This document shows positions 29,776 to 38,826 of a DNA stretch of 64,000 nucleotides, piece after piece. The notes below the pieces were generated by a model. It was not told where the DNA came from. It saw nothing but the letters and a program-made list of their open reading frames with translations, and searched no databases. Made by a program: the position numbers and the translations under genes. The stretch lies in NCBI GenBank assembly GCA_963666215.2, contig CAXWPL010000001.1, positions 352,001 through 416,000 on the forward strand, written 5' to 3'. This DNA is from Acidobacteriota bacterium (lineage in GTDB: Bacteria > Acidobacteriota > UBA890 > WLXD01). The stretch's first letter is position 1. Each line of letters opens with the position of its first letter.

Positions 29776-31833
29776 CTAGCAGGAGATGCAGTTGTTGTTG
29801 TTCACCACGCCGTGGCTCTCGAGCAGAGCAATGGTCGAGGGGAACGGCTGCACACGCTGCTGCGGGCCGTTGGCCATGTCGACCGTCGTCTGGCCGCGGC
29901 GGCTGACGAAGGTCGGGTCGGCGCCGCGCTCGACGAGGAAACGGACCGTATCGTCGTCGCCGCGGGAGGCGGCGTTGTGGAGGGCCGAGTAGCCGTCGTG
30001 ATCGCGCACGTTCACATCGACGCCAAGCTCGTCAATGAGGTACTTCACCGACGCCAGCCATCCATCGGGAACATGCCGGTGCTGCTGCCCCACGCGCGAG
30101 GTACCGTAGCCCACACCCGAGGCGGCGTGCAGCGGGTGCACGGCGGGACCTCCGACAGGCGTCTCGGGAAGTCCGGAGTGGTCCTCCTCCTTCTCCTCTT
30201 CTTTCGCTTGCGCGGCAGCGGGCGCGCTCGGGGTAGCAGGAGCGCCGGGCACACCTGGCGTGGGCAACGTCCCGCCACGAGAAGGCGGCAGCCCGGACGG
30301 CCCGCGGGATCGGCGCGGTGCCGGCTTGGTGGTGGGAATGTTCGGGTCGGCGCCGTACTGGTGCAACAAGCGCATGGCCTTGACGTCGGTGGCGTAGGCT
30401 GCGCGCCAGAACGGGGTAGCGCCGCTGAAGTCGACGCCCATGCGACCGGCGTTATAGGCGGCATACCAGATGTGGGTCTTGACTCGGGCGTTGGGATCGG
30501 CGCCGGCTTCGAGCAGGGCCTCCATCAGGTCGAGGTACGAGGTGTTCTGCCGCTGAGAGGCGGTAGGCTGCGGATACCAGGTGCGCAGCGACCACTCGTT
30601 GTTGATGGTGGCGAACAGTGGGCCGGCGTTGTCCTCGCTCAGCGCGTCAGGGTCGGCGCCCTGCTGCAGCAACATCATGGCGAGGTCGTAGTTGCCGTTG
30701 ATGATCGCCACCAGCAGCGGGCTGGACTCGTCGCCGCCGGCGAGATGATTGACGTCGGCACCGGCGGCAACCAGCAACTCGGCAGCTTCCATGCGGCCGT
30801 CGCGTGCGGCGTAGTGCAACGCGGTCATGCCGCCTTGTCTGCCAACCATGTCGGTGTAGGAGAGAGGCTCAGGCTCGTCCGTCTTCGGCTCGACGTCGGG
30901 GATCTCGTCGGGCCTGGCGTCCGGCTCGTCAGGATCTGCCGGGGCCACGGGAGAGGCTGGCTTCTTGGAGGCCGCGGCCATCCGTTCCGCCGGATCTTCA
31001 GGATCGGCGCGGTTCTCGTCCGGCAGGGCTGCAGGCTCGTCCGGCTCTGCGGGTTCTGCCGGCGCCGCGGGATCTGCCGGATTATCCGGATCGGGAGGCT
31101 CGGCGGCGGCGCCGGGCTCGCTTTCGGGCTCTTCGTCCTCCGGCTCCTTGGCGGCATCGATCAATCGCTGGCGAAGCCGACGCTCGGCGAGATCGGCCAC
31201 GGCCCGTGCAGGGTAGTCGATGACCGCCGTCGCGGCTGAGACATCGGCGCCGGCCTCGATGAGCATCTCCATGGCGCGCAGGCGCGAGCGCGCGGTGGCG
31301 TAGATCAGCGGCGTCCGATTCGAGGCGGCGTCGAGCGCATTGACGTCTGCACCGTGCTCGAGCAGAGCGAGAATGGCGGCGGGCTCGCCGGCTTGCGCCG
31401 CGAGATGGATCGGCAGAACGCCCGTGGAAGTGCGCGCGTTCGCCTTGCTGCCGGCATCCAGCAACGCCGAGACAGCATGGCGCCGGCCCTGACGAGCGGC
31501 AAGGTGCAGCGGGGTGTAGCCGCCGAGGCGCGTGGTGGCCTCCAGCGTAGCGCCGGCGTAGAGCAGAACCTCGAGGGTGGCCACGTCGCCGTTGAGCGCC
31601 GCCCAGTGGAGCGCGGTCGTGCCATCACCCTGCGCGGCGTTGACGTCTTCCCCGTTGCGCAGGAGCGAACGCACGGTTTCTGTGTCGCCGCGCATCGCGG
31701 CGTCGGCCACGGTCGACGCTGGAGGCGTGGGCTTTGCGACCGGCTCAGCAACCGCCACCGACATCGAAATCAGAAGCACGAGCACGGCGGCGGCGGCGAC
31801 GTTGATGTGGGAACGGCTACGAGTGCGCCACAT
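29776..31833 (-). CDS. secreted ankyrin repeat protein with Pro/Asp/Glu-rich insertions and terminal CxxC
   Basis: Signal peptide. Many ankyrin repeats (DGTTALHWAA, GYTPLHLAA, GMTALHYAAR, GYSALHNAA). Ends NNNCISC. Alternative GTG start at 31845. Confidence 0.9.
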   Translation of the reverse strand: MWRTRSRSHINVAAAAVLVLLISMSVAVAEPVAKPTPPASTVADAAMRGDTETVRSLLRNGEDVNAAQGDGTTALHWAALNGDVATLEVLLYAGATLEATTRLGGYTPLHLAARQGRRHAVSALLDAGSKANARTSTGVLPIHLAAQAGEPAAILALLEHGADVNALDAASNRTPLIYATARSRLRAMEMLIEAGADVSAATAVIDYPARAVADLAERRLRQRLIDAAKEPEDEEPESEPGAAAEPPDPDNPADPAAPAEPAEPDEPAALPDENRADPEDPAERMAAASKKPASPVAPADPDEPDARPDEIPDVEPKTDEPEPLSYTDMVGRQGGMTALHYAARDGRMEAAELLVAAGADVNHLAGGDESSPLLVAIINGNYDLAMMLLQQGADPDALSEDNAGPLFATINNEWSLRTWYPQPTASQRQNTSYLDLMEALLEAGADPNARVKTHIWYAAYNAGRMGVDFSGATPFWRAAYATDVKAMRLLHQYGADPNIPTTKPAPRRSRGPSGLPPSRGGTLPTPGVPGAPATPSAPAAAQAKEEEKEEDHSGLPETPVGGPAVHPLHAASGVGYGTSRVGQQHRHVPDGWLASVKYLIDELGVDVNVRDHDGYSALHNAASRGDDDTVRFLVERGADPTFVSRRGQTTVDMANGPQQRVQPFPSTIALLESHGVVNNNNCISC

Positions 31834-31841
31834 GAGACACC

Positions 31842-33233
31842 TCACGAGGTGAACGAGAAGTCGCCGGTGCTGTCGCCGAAGCTCTGCCGATCGGACATGC
31901 CGAGCTTGTGCATCAGGCTGAGCATGACGTTGGCCATCGGCGTGCCGTCCTCGGCGCGAATGTGCTGGCCGCCGTCGAGCTGCCCGTTGGCGCCCCCCAT
32001 GACGATGAGCGGGCAGCGACGATGGTTATGCAGGTTGCTGTCGGCCATCGGCGAGCCGTAGACGATCATCGTCTTGTCGAGCAGGGTTCCGTCGCCCTCG
32101 ACAGTCTCCTCCAGCTTCTTCAATAGATACGGCAGCAGCGAGATGTGATACCGGTTGAGTTCCGCGTACTGTTTCACGCGATCCTCGCGGGCGCCGTGAT
32201 GCGAGGCCACGTGGAAGCCTCGGTCGACGCCGCTCTCCGGATACACACGGCCCGAGCCGTCGCGACCGAGCTTGAAGGTGAACACGCGCGTCGTGTCGGA
32301 GGCGAACGCCAGCACCTGCAGGTCGAACAGGAGCTTGACGTGCTCCTCGAAGGAGTCGGGCACACCGGCGGGCGCTTCCGGCATCTGGCGTTGCTCGCCG
32401 CTCGTGTTGTGCGCCTCGATGCGCTGGATACGCTCTTCGATCTCGCGGATGTTGCTGACGTACTGATCGAGCCGATACCGGTCCGCCGGACCGAGGTTAC
32501 GACGCAACCCCGCCATCTCGCCCATCACCCAGTCGAGGATGCTGCTGTCGGCGCGACGGCGGGCCGATCGCTGTTTCGGCGTGCCGCCGGCGCCGAACAT
32601 CTGGTCGAACACGGCGCGAGGGTCGCGAATCATCGGCAGCGGCTGCGTGGGCGCGGCCCAGCTGATGGTGTCGGTGTACACGCAGGCGTAGCCGTAGGCG
32701 CAGCCGCCGGATTGGTCGACGTTCTCGATGCACAGCTGCATCGATGGGATCGGCGTCGGCTGCGTCATGCTCTGCACGTAGAGCTGGTCGAAGGAGGTCC
32801 CAACCTTGACGTCCGAGCCCTCGGTCAGCTTCGGGTGCTCGTGGGTCAGGAAAACCGCGCTCGATCGGAAGTGATCGCCGCCGATCTCCTTCGGGTCGAA
32901 GGCCTCGGCCATCTTGGCATCGGTGTTGGAGACAATCGTCAGGTAGTCGCGGTACGGGTCGAGCGGGCTCAGGCTGCTCGGGCTCAGATCGAAGTCGCGA
33001 CCAACCGCCTCGGGCGCCCACAAGTTGAGAGACGCGCCGAGCTCGTTGCAGCCGGCGGCGCCGTGCACCTGCTCAATACAAATGAGACGTGTGGCGTCGG
33101 CCGAGCCGGCGGCCGCGGTGGAGCCCCAGACGCGGCGCGCCGGGACCATGGCGTCGAGGAGCGGCACGCTGAGGGTGGCGCCCAGGCCACGCAGAACGGT
33201 ACGGCGGGAAAGGCTCTTCTGGGGGATGTACAT
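31842..33233 (-). CDS. DUF1552 (HXXSHH) family protein, Tat signal
   Basis: LSRRTVLRGLG...PLLDAMVP, GCAYGYACVY..TISW, PR.VF..MFG, HVASHH, LLDKTMIVYGSPM.DSN.H.H. Confidence 0.9.
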   Translation of the reverse strand: MYIPQKSLSRRTVLRGLGATLSVPLLDAMVPARRVWGSTAAAGSADATRLICIEQVHGAAGCNELGASLNLWAPEAVGRDFDLSPSSLSPLDPYRDYLTIVSNTDAKMAEAFDPKEIGGDHFRSSAVFLTHEHPKLTEGSDVKVGTSFDQLYVQSMTQPTPIPSMQLCIENVDQSGGCAYGYACVYTDTISWAAPTQPLPMIRDPRAVFDQMFGAGGTPKQRSARRRADSSILDWVMGEMAGLRRNLGPADRYRLDQYVSNIREIEERIQRIEAHNTSGEQRQMPEAPAGVPDSFEEHVKLLFDLQVLAFASDTTRVFTFKLGRDGSGRVYPESGVDRGFHVASHHGAREDRVKQYAELNRYHISLLPYLLKKLEETVEGDGTLLDKTMIVYGSPMADSNLHNHRRCPLIVMGGANGQLDGGQHIRAEDGTPMANVMLSLMHKLGMSDRQSFGDSTGDFSFTS

Positions 33234-33328
33234 CGCCTGATTCTGGCCCTCTCTCCGAGGCTCGATACGTCCGCCAACAGTGTGGCGGCCGGCTTGATGG
33301 TCTCTTTTCCTGGCTCTTTTCTCAGTCC

Positions 33329-35863
33329 CTAGCGGCGGGAATCACTGCCAGACCCCGCCACGGAAGACGCCGGCGCTGACATCCGGCTCATCCGGAACGC
33401 CGGGCTCTGTGCGATCCCGACGATGAACGAGGACATGCGATTTCCGTTGGCCTCGGCCTGGCGCACGATCTCCCGAATCGTCGGCATATCGTAGTACTCT
33501 ACGCGGCGGCCGAGAGCATACGCCATCAGGCTCTCGGCAAAATGCGTCAGCACGACATCCGACCGAGCCAGCAGAGCCTGGCGCAAATCGCCCAGACCGT
33601 TGAGCTGAGTTCCGTCGTACAGCTCGCCCGACGCATCTACCGCGACGCCGCGATCCTTGATACGCCAGGCGCCTGTAAGGTCGAAGTTCTCGAACGCAAG
33701 GCCAATCGGATCGATCACGTTGTGGCACGAGCTGCACGCCGGATTGGCGCGATGCTCGGCGAGCTGTTCAGCCGCCGACAGAAAACGAGCGCCCTGTACG
33801 TCGCCGGTTGCCTCGAGATCCGGCACGTCGGCCGGCGGTGGTGGCGGCGGACTCCCGAGCAGGACCTCCATCACCCACTTACCGCGCAGGACCGGAGACG
33901 TGCGGTTGGCGTGCGACGTCAGCGTCAGAATACTGGCGTGCGCCAGCACACCGCGCCGACGGTCGTCGGGATAGGCAACACGGCGGAATTCGGAGCCGTT
34001 CACGCCGCGGATTCCGTAGTGCCGCGCAAGACGCTCGTTGACGAAGGTGTAGTCGGCCGTCAGCAGCTCGAGCGCGTTGCGGTCCTCGCGGATGAGGTGG
34101 GCGAACAGCATCTCGGTCTCGCGATGCATCGCCTCGGACAACGTGTAATCGAAGTACGGATACGCCAGCGCGTCCGGGTGGACTTTCTCGAGATCCTGCA
34201 AGCGCAACCACTGCGCCGCGAATCGGCTGGCGAGCGCCTCGGCACGAGGATCAGCCAGCATGCGCTTGACCTGCCGGCCAATCATCTCGGGCTCCGACAG
34301 CTCTCCGAGGTCGGCCAGCTCAACCAGTTCGGCGTCGGGCGGCGCTCCCCAAAGGAAGAACGACAACCGCGACGCAAGGTCGACGTCGCCGATCTCATAG
34401 ACGTCGCCAACGTTCACCGCGCTCGGCGCCTCCTCCATGCGGAACACGAAATGCGGGCTGGCCAGTACCGCCTGCAGCGCCATGCGGATGCCGGCCTCGA
34501 AGCCGCCATGCTCGGAGCCGGCGTTGTAGAACGTCATCAGGCTCGCAACGTCGTTGTCGCGCAATGGCCGGCGATAGGCCCGCCGGGCGAGACGCCCCAG
34601 GATGCTCTCGGCGCAGGGCGTTTCCTCGTCGGCAGCCGTCGGCCGGCAGCTGAAAATCAGCTGCCGCGTCGGCGTGTCCGACACACCGGTCACCTCGGAA
34701 GGCCCCACAATCGCCAGCTCACGCAGATGCGGCATCGTGGTGACGCCGTAGCCGAGCCCAATCTGCGTGTCGGCCAGGGTGTGATCGATCGGCGTGATCA
34801 GGTCGTCATCCGGGCCCTCGGTCAAGCGAACAAACGCCGCGGCCACACGATGGGGTCCCGCGCGAACGTAGATCTCATCGCTGGAGATCGTCATCCCTGC
34901 CGGATCCGACTCCGACATCCAGCGATCGACGCTGGCTACCGACACCCGTTCTCCATCGATAGAGACTTCAATCTTTTCGTCGAGAGAGGTGCGGCCGAAG
35001 AGCTCGCCCTCGGGAGCCGCGTGCAGCTGCGTCTGGAAGACGTACTTGCCGTCGGCGGGGAAGTTATGAATCACCGCCAGCCCGCCACGCGTGCCGAACG
35101 GCGCTCCATCGACGTGGTCTTTCTGCGACGCGGTGCGCGGCACTCGATACGAAGTGGAGCTGGCGTCGGCCTCCGGATCGCCCACGGCCACCCGACTGAT
35201 GTGACCTGACGCCCTGAGATAGCCCTCCATCAGGGTGGCGGAGGGCATCTGCACATCGGCGATGTTGTCGAAGCTGGCGCTCTTGGTATCGAGCGGCAGG
35301 AAGGTGCCTACGTCGATGTCGAGGCCCAGCAGGTCGCTCACCGAGCTTGCGTACTCGGCGCGATTCAAGCGCTGGAACGTACGCGTCCCGGGATTCGGCT
35401 GGAGAGCGGCGGCGGAGTCGATCGTGCCCTCGAGCGCCGCTACCAGCGAGTCGACGGTGGCGTCGTCGGGACGCCGTGACGGGCGCGGCGGCATCATGCC
35501 GGCGCGCAGCTTGCGGATCATCTTCTCTGCGACGTCGGCGTTCTCGTAGGCTTTGGCGGCGTCGAACGACTCCAGCGACATGCCGCCTTCGAGGGTGGTG
35601 TCGTTGTGACAACGGATGCAGAACCGTCCGATGGTCTGGTTCTGCTCCTCGAACGACATCGGCGCGATCTCCTCGACGCGCTCTATCGATGTCGAAGAAA
35701 GGGGCGCCGCTGTGCGAGCGATTCCCGCGTCGGGAACCACCGCTTGCCGCTCCCACTGCCCCGCGCTCGTCGGGCTCTGCACGCGTGCCGCCAGTCCCGG
35801 CTCGACAGCAAGCCCCAGGCAAAGCAGTCCCAGAACAAAGGCGGCCACTGGGAGCTTCTTCAT
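33329..35863 (-). CDS. DUF1592-cluster protein (DUF1587/1595/1592/1588/1585 architecture) with two heme c motifs
   Basis: Signal peptide. CIRCH followed by KLRAGMMPP, RLNRAEY, LASRLSFFLW..PD, TSPVLRGKWV, HRANPACSSCH..IDPIG.AFENFD. Confidence 0.9.
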   Translation of the reverse strand: MKKLPVAAFVLGLLCLGLAVEPGLAARVQSPTSAGQWERQAVVPDAGIARTAAPLSSTSIERVEEIAPMSFEEQNQTIGRFCIRCHNDTTLEGGMSLESFDAAKAYENADVAEKMIRKLRAGMMPPRPSRRPDDATVDSLVAALEGTIDSAAALQPNPGTRTFQRLNRAEYASSVSDLLGLDIDVGTFLPLDTKSASFDNIADVQMPSATLMEGYLRASGHISRVAVGDPEADASSTSYRVPRTASQKDHVDGAPFGTRGGLAVIHNFPADGKYVFQTQLHAAPEGELFGRTSLDEKIEVSIDGERVSVASVDRWMSESDPAGMTISSDEIYVRAGPHRVAAAFVRLTEGPDDDLITPIDHTLADTQIGLGYGVTTMPHLRELAIVGPSEVTGVSDTPTRQLIFSCRPTAADEETPCAESILGRLARRAYRRPLRDNDVASLMTFYNAGSEHGGFEAGIRMALQAVLASPHFVFRMEEAPSAVNVGDVYEIGDVDLASRLSFFLWGAPPDAELVELADLGELSEPEMIGRQVKRMLADPRAEALASRFAAQWLRLQDLEKVHPDALAYPYFDYTLSEAMHRETEMLFAHLIREDRNALELLTADYTFVNERLARHYGIRGVNGSEFRRVAYPDDRRRGVLAHASILTLTSHANRTSPVLRGKWVMEVLLGSPPPPPPADVPDLEATGDVQGARFLSAAEQLAEHRANPACSSCHNVIDPIGLAFENFDLTGAWRIKDRGVAVDASGELYDGTQLNGLGDLRQALLARSDVVLTHFAESLMAYALGRRVEYYDMPTIREIVRQAEANGNRMSSFIVGIAQSPAFRMSRMSAPASSVAGSGSDSRR

Positions 35864-36010
35864 GCGTTTCTCACCTGAAGGCGGAGAACCGCTGCGGCGG
35901 GGAGCCTTGCCAACCTTCGCGGACCTCACGCACCACCCGGGTCCGGCGCGTGTTTTGGAGGCGGCAGCCGCGGTCCTACTGTTGATCAACCTGCACGAAC
36001 GGGCGCCTTG

Positions 36011-36039
36011 AGCCTATTTCGGCCGCGTAGGTAATTCAA
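36011..36039 (-). promoter_or_regulatory. sigma70-type promoter candidate for the DUF1592 operon
   Basis: The minus strand reads TTGAAT (36039-36034), 17 nt spacer, TAGGCT (36016-36011). Confidence 0.45.
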
Positions 36040-36108
36040 GAGGAGGGCACCCGCTTTCTCGACCGCGACCTGCGCGTAGGTTCGCCATCTGCCCGTGTGG
36101 GCCAGCGG

Positions 36109-37398
36109 TCAGCGCTCATCCTTGTAGACCACGCCTCGCTTCATGACGAAGCGCACTTTCTTGAGGGTGTTGATCTCATCCAGCGGATTGGCGGTGGTGG
36201 CGACGAGGTTGGCGAGCGGTCCCGGTTCGATGGCGCCGCGATCCTCCTGAATACCGAGCAACCGGGCACCGCTGATCGTCAACGCGCGCACGATGTCGGC
36301 GGCCGGCACGCCCGCCGCAACCCAGGCGTCGAGATTCTCGAGCGCCGCCGTGCCGTGCGTGTGTCCCGGCACCTTCATGTAAATGTCGGAACCGAAGGCC
36401 ATCGACACGCCCACGCGGTGGGCGCGGCCCAACCGATCGACGACCTGTGCATAGAGATCGACATCGGGATCATCCGCGAAGCCCTCCCAAAGCTTCATGA
36501 TGTGCGAAGCCAGGTCGGTACCCACGAGCACAACGCCGCGCTCGAGCGCGAAGTCGAGGGTCTCATTGCTCATCTCGAAGCCGTGCTCGATGGACGTGAC
36601 TCCCGCCTCGATTGCATTGCGAGCCCCCTGCTCGGTGTAGGCGTGCGCCGCCACCTGCACGCCGGCCGCCGTCTCTTCGCTGATGACGAAGCGAATGTCG
36701 TCAACCGAGTAGAGGTAGCGCTGGTCGTCAACGACGATCTTGATCCAGTCGGCACCGAAGTGGAGGTTCTGCCGGATCGCTTTGCGAAGCTCGGCGCGTG
36801 TGTCGGCGTAGATGTAGTCCTGCCGCGCGAGATCGGGGAACTCGGGATCCACCACGAACTGGCCGCCGAAACCGGCGATGATCTTGCCGGAGATGAACAT
36901 GTCCGGGCCGCGCACGATTCCCGCCTCGATGGCGGCCTTCAGCGCCGCGTCGCCGTAGTTGCCCGAGTTGCCGAGGTCCCGCACGGTGGTGAACCCGGCC
37001 GCGAGCATCGACTCGGCGTTCGCCGCGCCTTCGAGAACCCGATAGGCCGTCGGCACATCCACCGTGTACGACTTGAGCACCGTCACCGCGGTGTCGACAG
37101 CCGAGCACAGATGAGTGTGCGAGTCGATGAGCCCGGGAAGCAGCGTCATCGCCGACAAGTCGATCACGGCGGCTCCGTCGGGAATCACCACATCGGCGCC
37201 CACGGCGGTGATCGTCGAGCCTTCGATCAGCACCACCTGGTTTGCCGTAGAAGTACCGCTGGCTGGATGGACAACGCGACCCGCGCGGATTGCCGTCACC
37301 TGGGCGTGCGACAGGGTCGTCGACACCGTGAGGAGCCCGCAAACGAAAGCGGTAAGCCGAACCGCACCCAGCAACCGTTCTCTCCTCGCTCTCCTCAT
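36109..37398 (-). CDS. secreted metal-dependent amidohydrolase (Xaa-Pro dipeptidase-like)
   Basis: LLPGLIDSHTHL, AGFTTVRDLG, GADWIK, VAAHA, SIEHG, FGSD. Confidence 0.92.
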   Translation of the reverse strand: MRRARRERLLGAVRLTAFVCGLLTVSTTLSHAQVTAIRAGRVVHPASGTSTANQVVLIEGSTITAVGADVVIPDGAAVIDLSAMTLLPGLIDSHTHLCSAVDTAVTVLKSYTVDVPTAYRVLEGAANAESMLAAGFTTVRDLGNSGNYGDAALKAAIEAGIVRGPDMFISGKIIAGFGGQFVVDPEFPDLARQDYIYADTRAELRKAIRQNLHFGADWIKIVVDDQRYLYSVDDIRFVISEETAAGVQVAAHAYTEQGARNAIEAGVTSIEHGFEMSNETLDFALERGVVLVGTDLASHIMKLWEGFADDPDVDLYAQVVDRLGRAHRVGVSMAFGSDIYMKVPGHTHGTAALENLDAWVAAGVPAADIVRALTISGARLLGIQEDRGAIEPGPLANLVATTANPLDEINTLKKVRFVMKRGVVYKDER

Positions 37399-37512
37399 AG
37401 GGCTCTGCTCATCAGACCTGCTCCTGTTCGAGTCGTTCGCCGCCGGACCCGCCTGCTCGAGCATTCGCGGGGGCGCCAATCCTGGCCGGCGTTCAGGATC
37501 GCACGCGCGCTG

Positions 37513-38784
37513 CTAGTCAAGCTCGACCGACCGATCGCTGAATCGAGCAACTTCGATATTGATGAGAACGTCGGCGCCATCCATCTCTGGCCGCGTATCG
37601 TTCACCGTCAGCACGCCGTCCGTGTCGGTTATCGCGTAGTCCGTGTAGGCACCAGAGAACTCGGCCGTGTCAACGCCGTCGCCACCGTCAAGTCGGTCGT
37701 CTCCCCCTGCCCCGCTCAACGTGTTGTCGCCCGCATTGCCGGTCAGCCGGTTGGCGTGCCGGTTACCGCGGAGAACGGCGTTGCTCACGCCCCTCAGCGT
37801 CACGTCCCGAAGGTGCTGCGACTTTTTCGTGTAGGCCTTCGACTCGTCGAGCTCGATCGAGAATTCGCCTTCAAAGTCGATCGGCAGCAGGGCCGTGTAC
37901 GTCAAGTAAGGGTGAAAGAAGCTCTCCTCGATCGCGTAGCCCACCGGATCGGTTTCGAGTAGCGTCGCGCGGCTGTTCGCGGGGTTCTGGCCGAAATGCG
38001 ACGTGCCGTCGGGCACCTCACCGGGCTCCAGGTCGCGACCCTCATACTTCTGCGGCTTCACCGCCCACAGGTCGAGGTAGTTGTCGAACTGCTGGGCGAA
38101 GTACTCGAAGTGCCAGCCCGGTGGGTTGTCGTTCGGCGGCCCCCAGCCACGGGCGGTCGCTGCATCGGTCGCGGCGGAGATCTCGGCCTGGAGCTCGGGC
38201 AACGCGTCCATGATTCCGGATCCCTGCACCAGGTGGAGGACCTCCTCGTAGGCGGCGTCGCGGGTGATGTGGGACATGTAGTCGTCGTCACCCTCGGCGG
38301 TGGTCTCGTTCTCCCACAGGCTCTGGGTGAACAGGTCGGTCGCGGCCTGGCCGAGCTCGCCCTGCTCGGCCTCACGCGCCGCCGATGACGTGTTGAACAG
38401 CGTCATCGTGGCCCTGTTGTCGGCCATGGCATTGGCAACCGCCGTCTTGTCGTGGCCATACTTCGATCCCGGGTAGTCGGTGAGGATGTGCTCCATGATG
38501 TTGCGCGCCTTCAACACCTTGTCGTCCGACCAGGCGTCCTGGATCAGGAAGTGGATCGGCTTGCCGTTCGGCGCGACGATCTTCGTGTAGCGCGAAAAAA
38601 CCTCTGTGAAGATCTCGGGCGTGTTTGGAGGCAAGGGGACGATCCCTAGCGGCGCGCTCGATACATCGATCTGCGGAAGCGTCAGCACGCCTCCAGTACC
38701 AGGATCGCTCGCATCAGGCGCGGCGCACGACAGCGCGAGCAGCGATGCCACCGTAGCGGCGCCAATCGTCGCAGATCGATTCAT
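37513..38784 (-). CDS. lipoprotein with zincin-like EEVLH motif and C-terminal RTX/hemolysin-type Ca-binding region
   Basis: Lipobox LALSC, DAAYEEVLHLV, GNAGDNTLSGAGGDDRLDGGDGVDTA, DG.D.L.NIE...FSD. Confidence 0.75.
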   Translation of the reverse strand: MNRSATIGAATVASLLALSCAAPDASDPGTGGVLTLPQIDVSSAPLGIVPLPPNTPEIFTEVFSRYTKIVAPNGKPIHFLIQDAWSDDKVLKARNIMEHILTDYPGSKYGHDKTAVANAMADNRATMTLFNTSSAAREAEQGELGQAATDLFTQSLWENETTAEGDDDYMSHITRDAAYEEVLHLVQGSGIMDALPELQAEISAATDAATARGWGPPNDNPPGWHFEYFAQQFDNYLDLWAVKPQKYEGRDLEPGEVPDGTSHFGQNPANSRATLLETDPVGYAIEESFFHPYLTYTALLPIDFEGEFSIELDESKAYTKKSQHLRDVTLRGVSNAVLRGNRHANRLTGNAGDNTLSGAGGDDRLDGGDGVDTAEFSGAYTDYAITDTDGVLTVNDTRPEMDGADVLINIEVARFSDRSVELD

Positions 38785-38826
38785 GAGGGCCTCGATTCCA
38801 GGTTTTCGGGCCGGCGTGTGCCGGGC

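Noticed and set aside
30870-31150. Short repeated GC motifs resembling a tandem repeat or CRISPR
   Set aside because: They encode the Pro/Asp/Glu-rich linker. There is no constant repeat-spacer periodicity and no cas gene.
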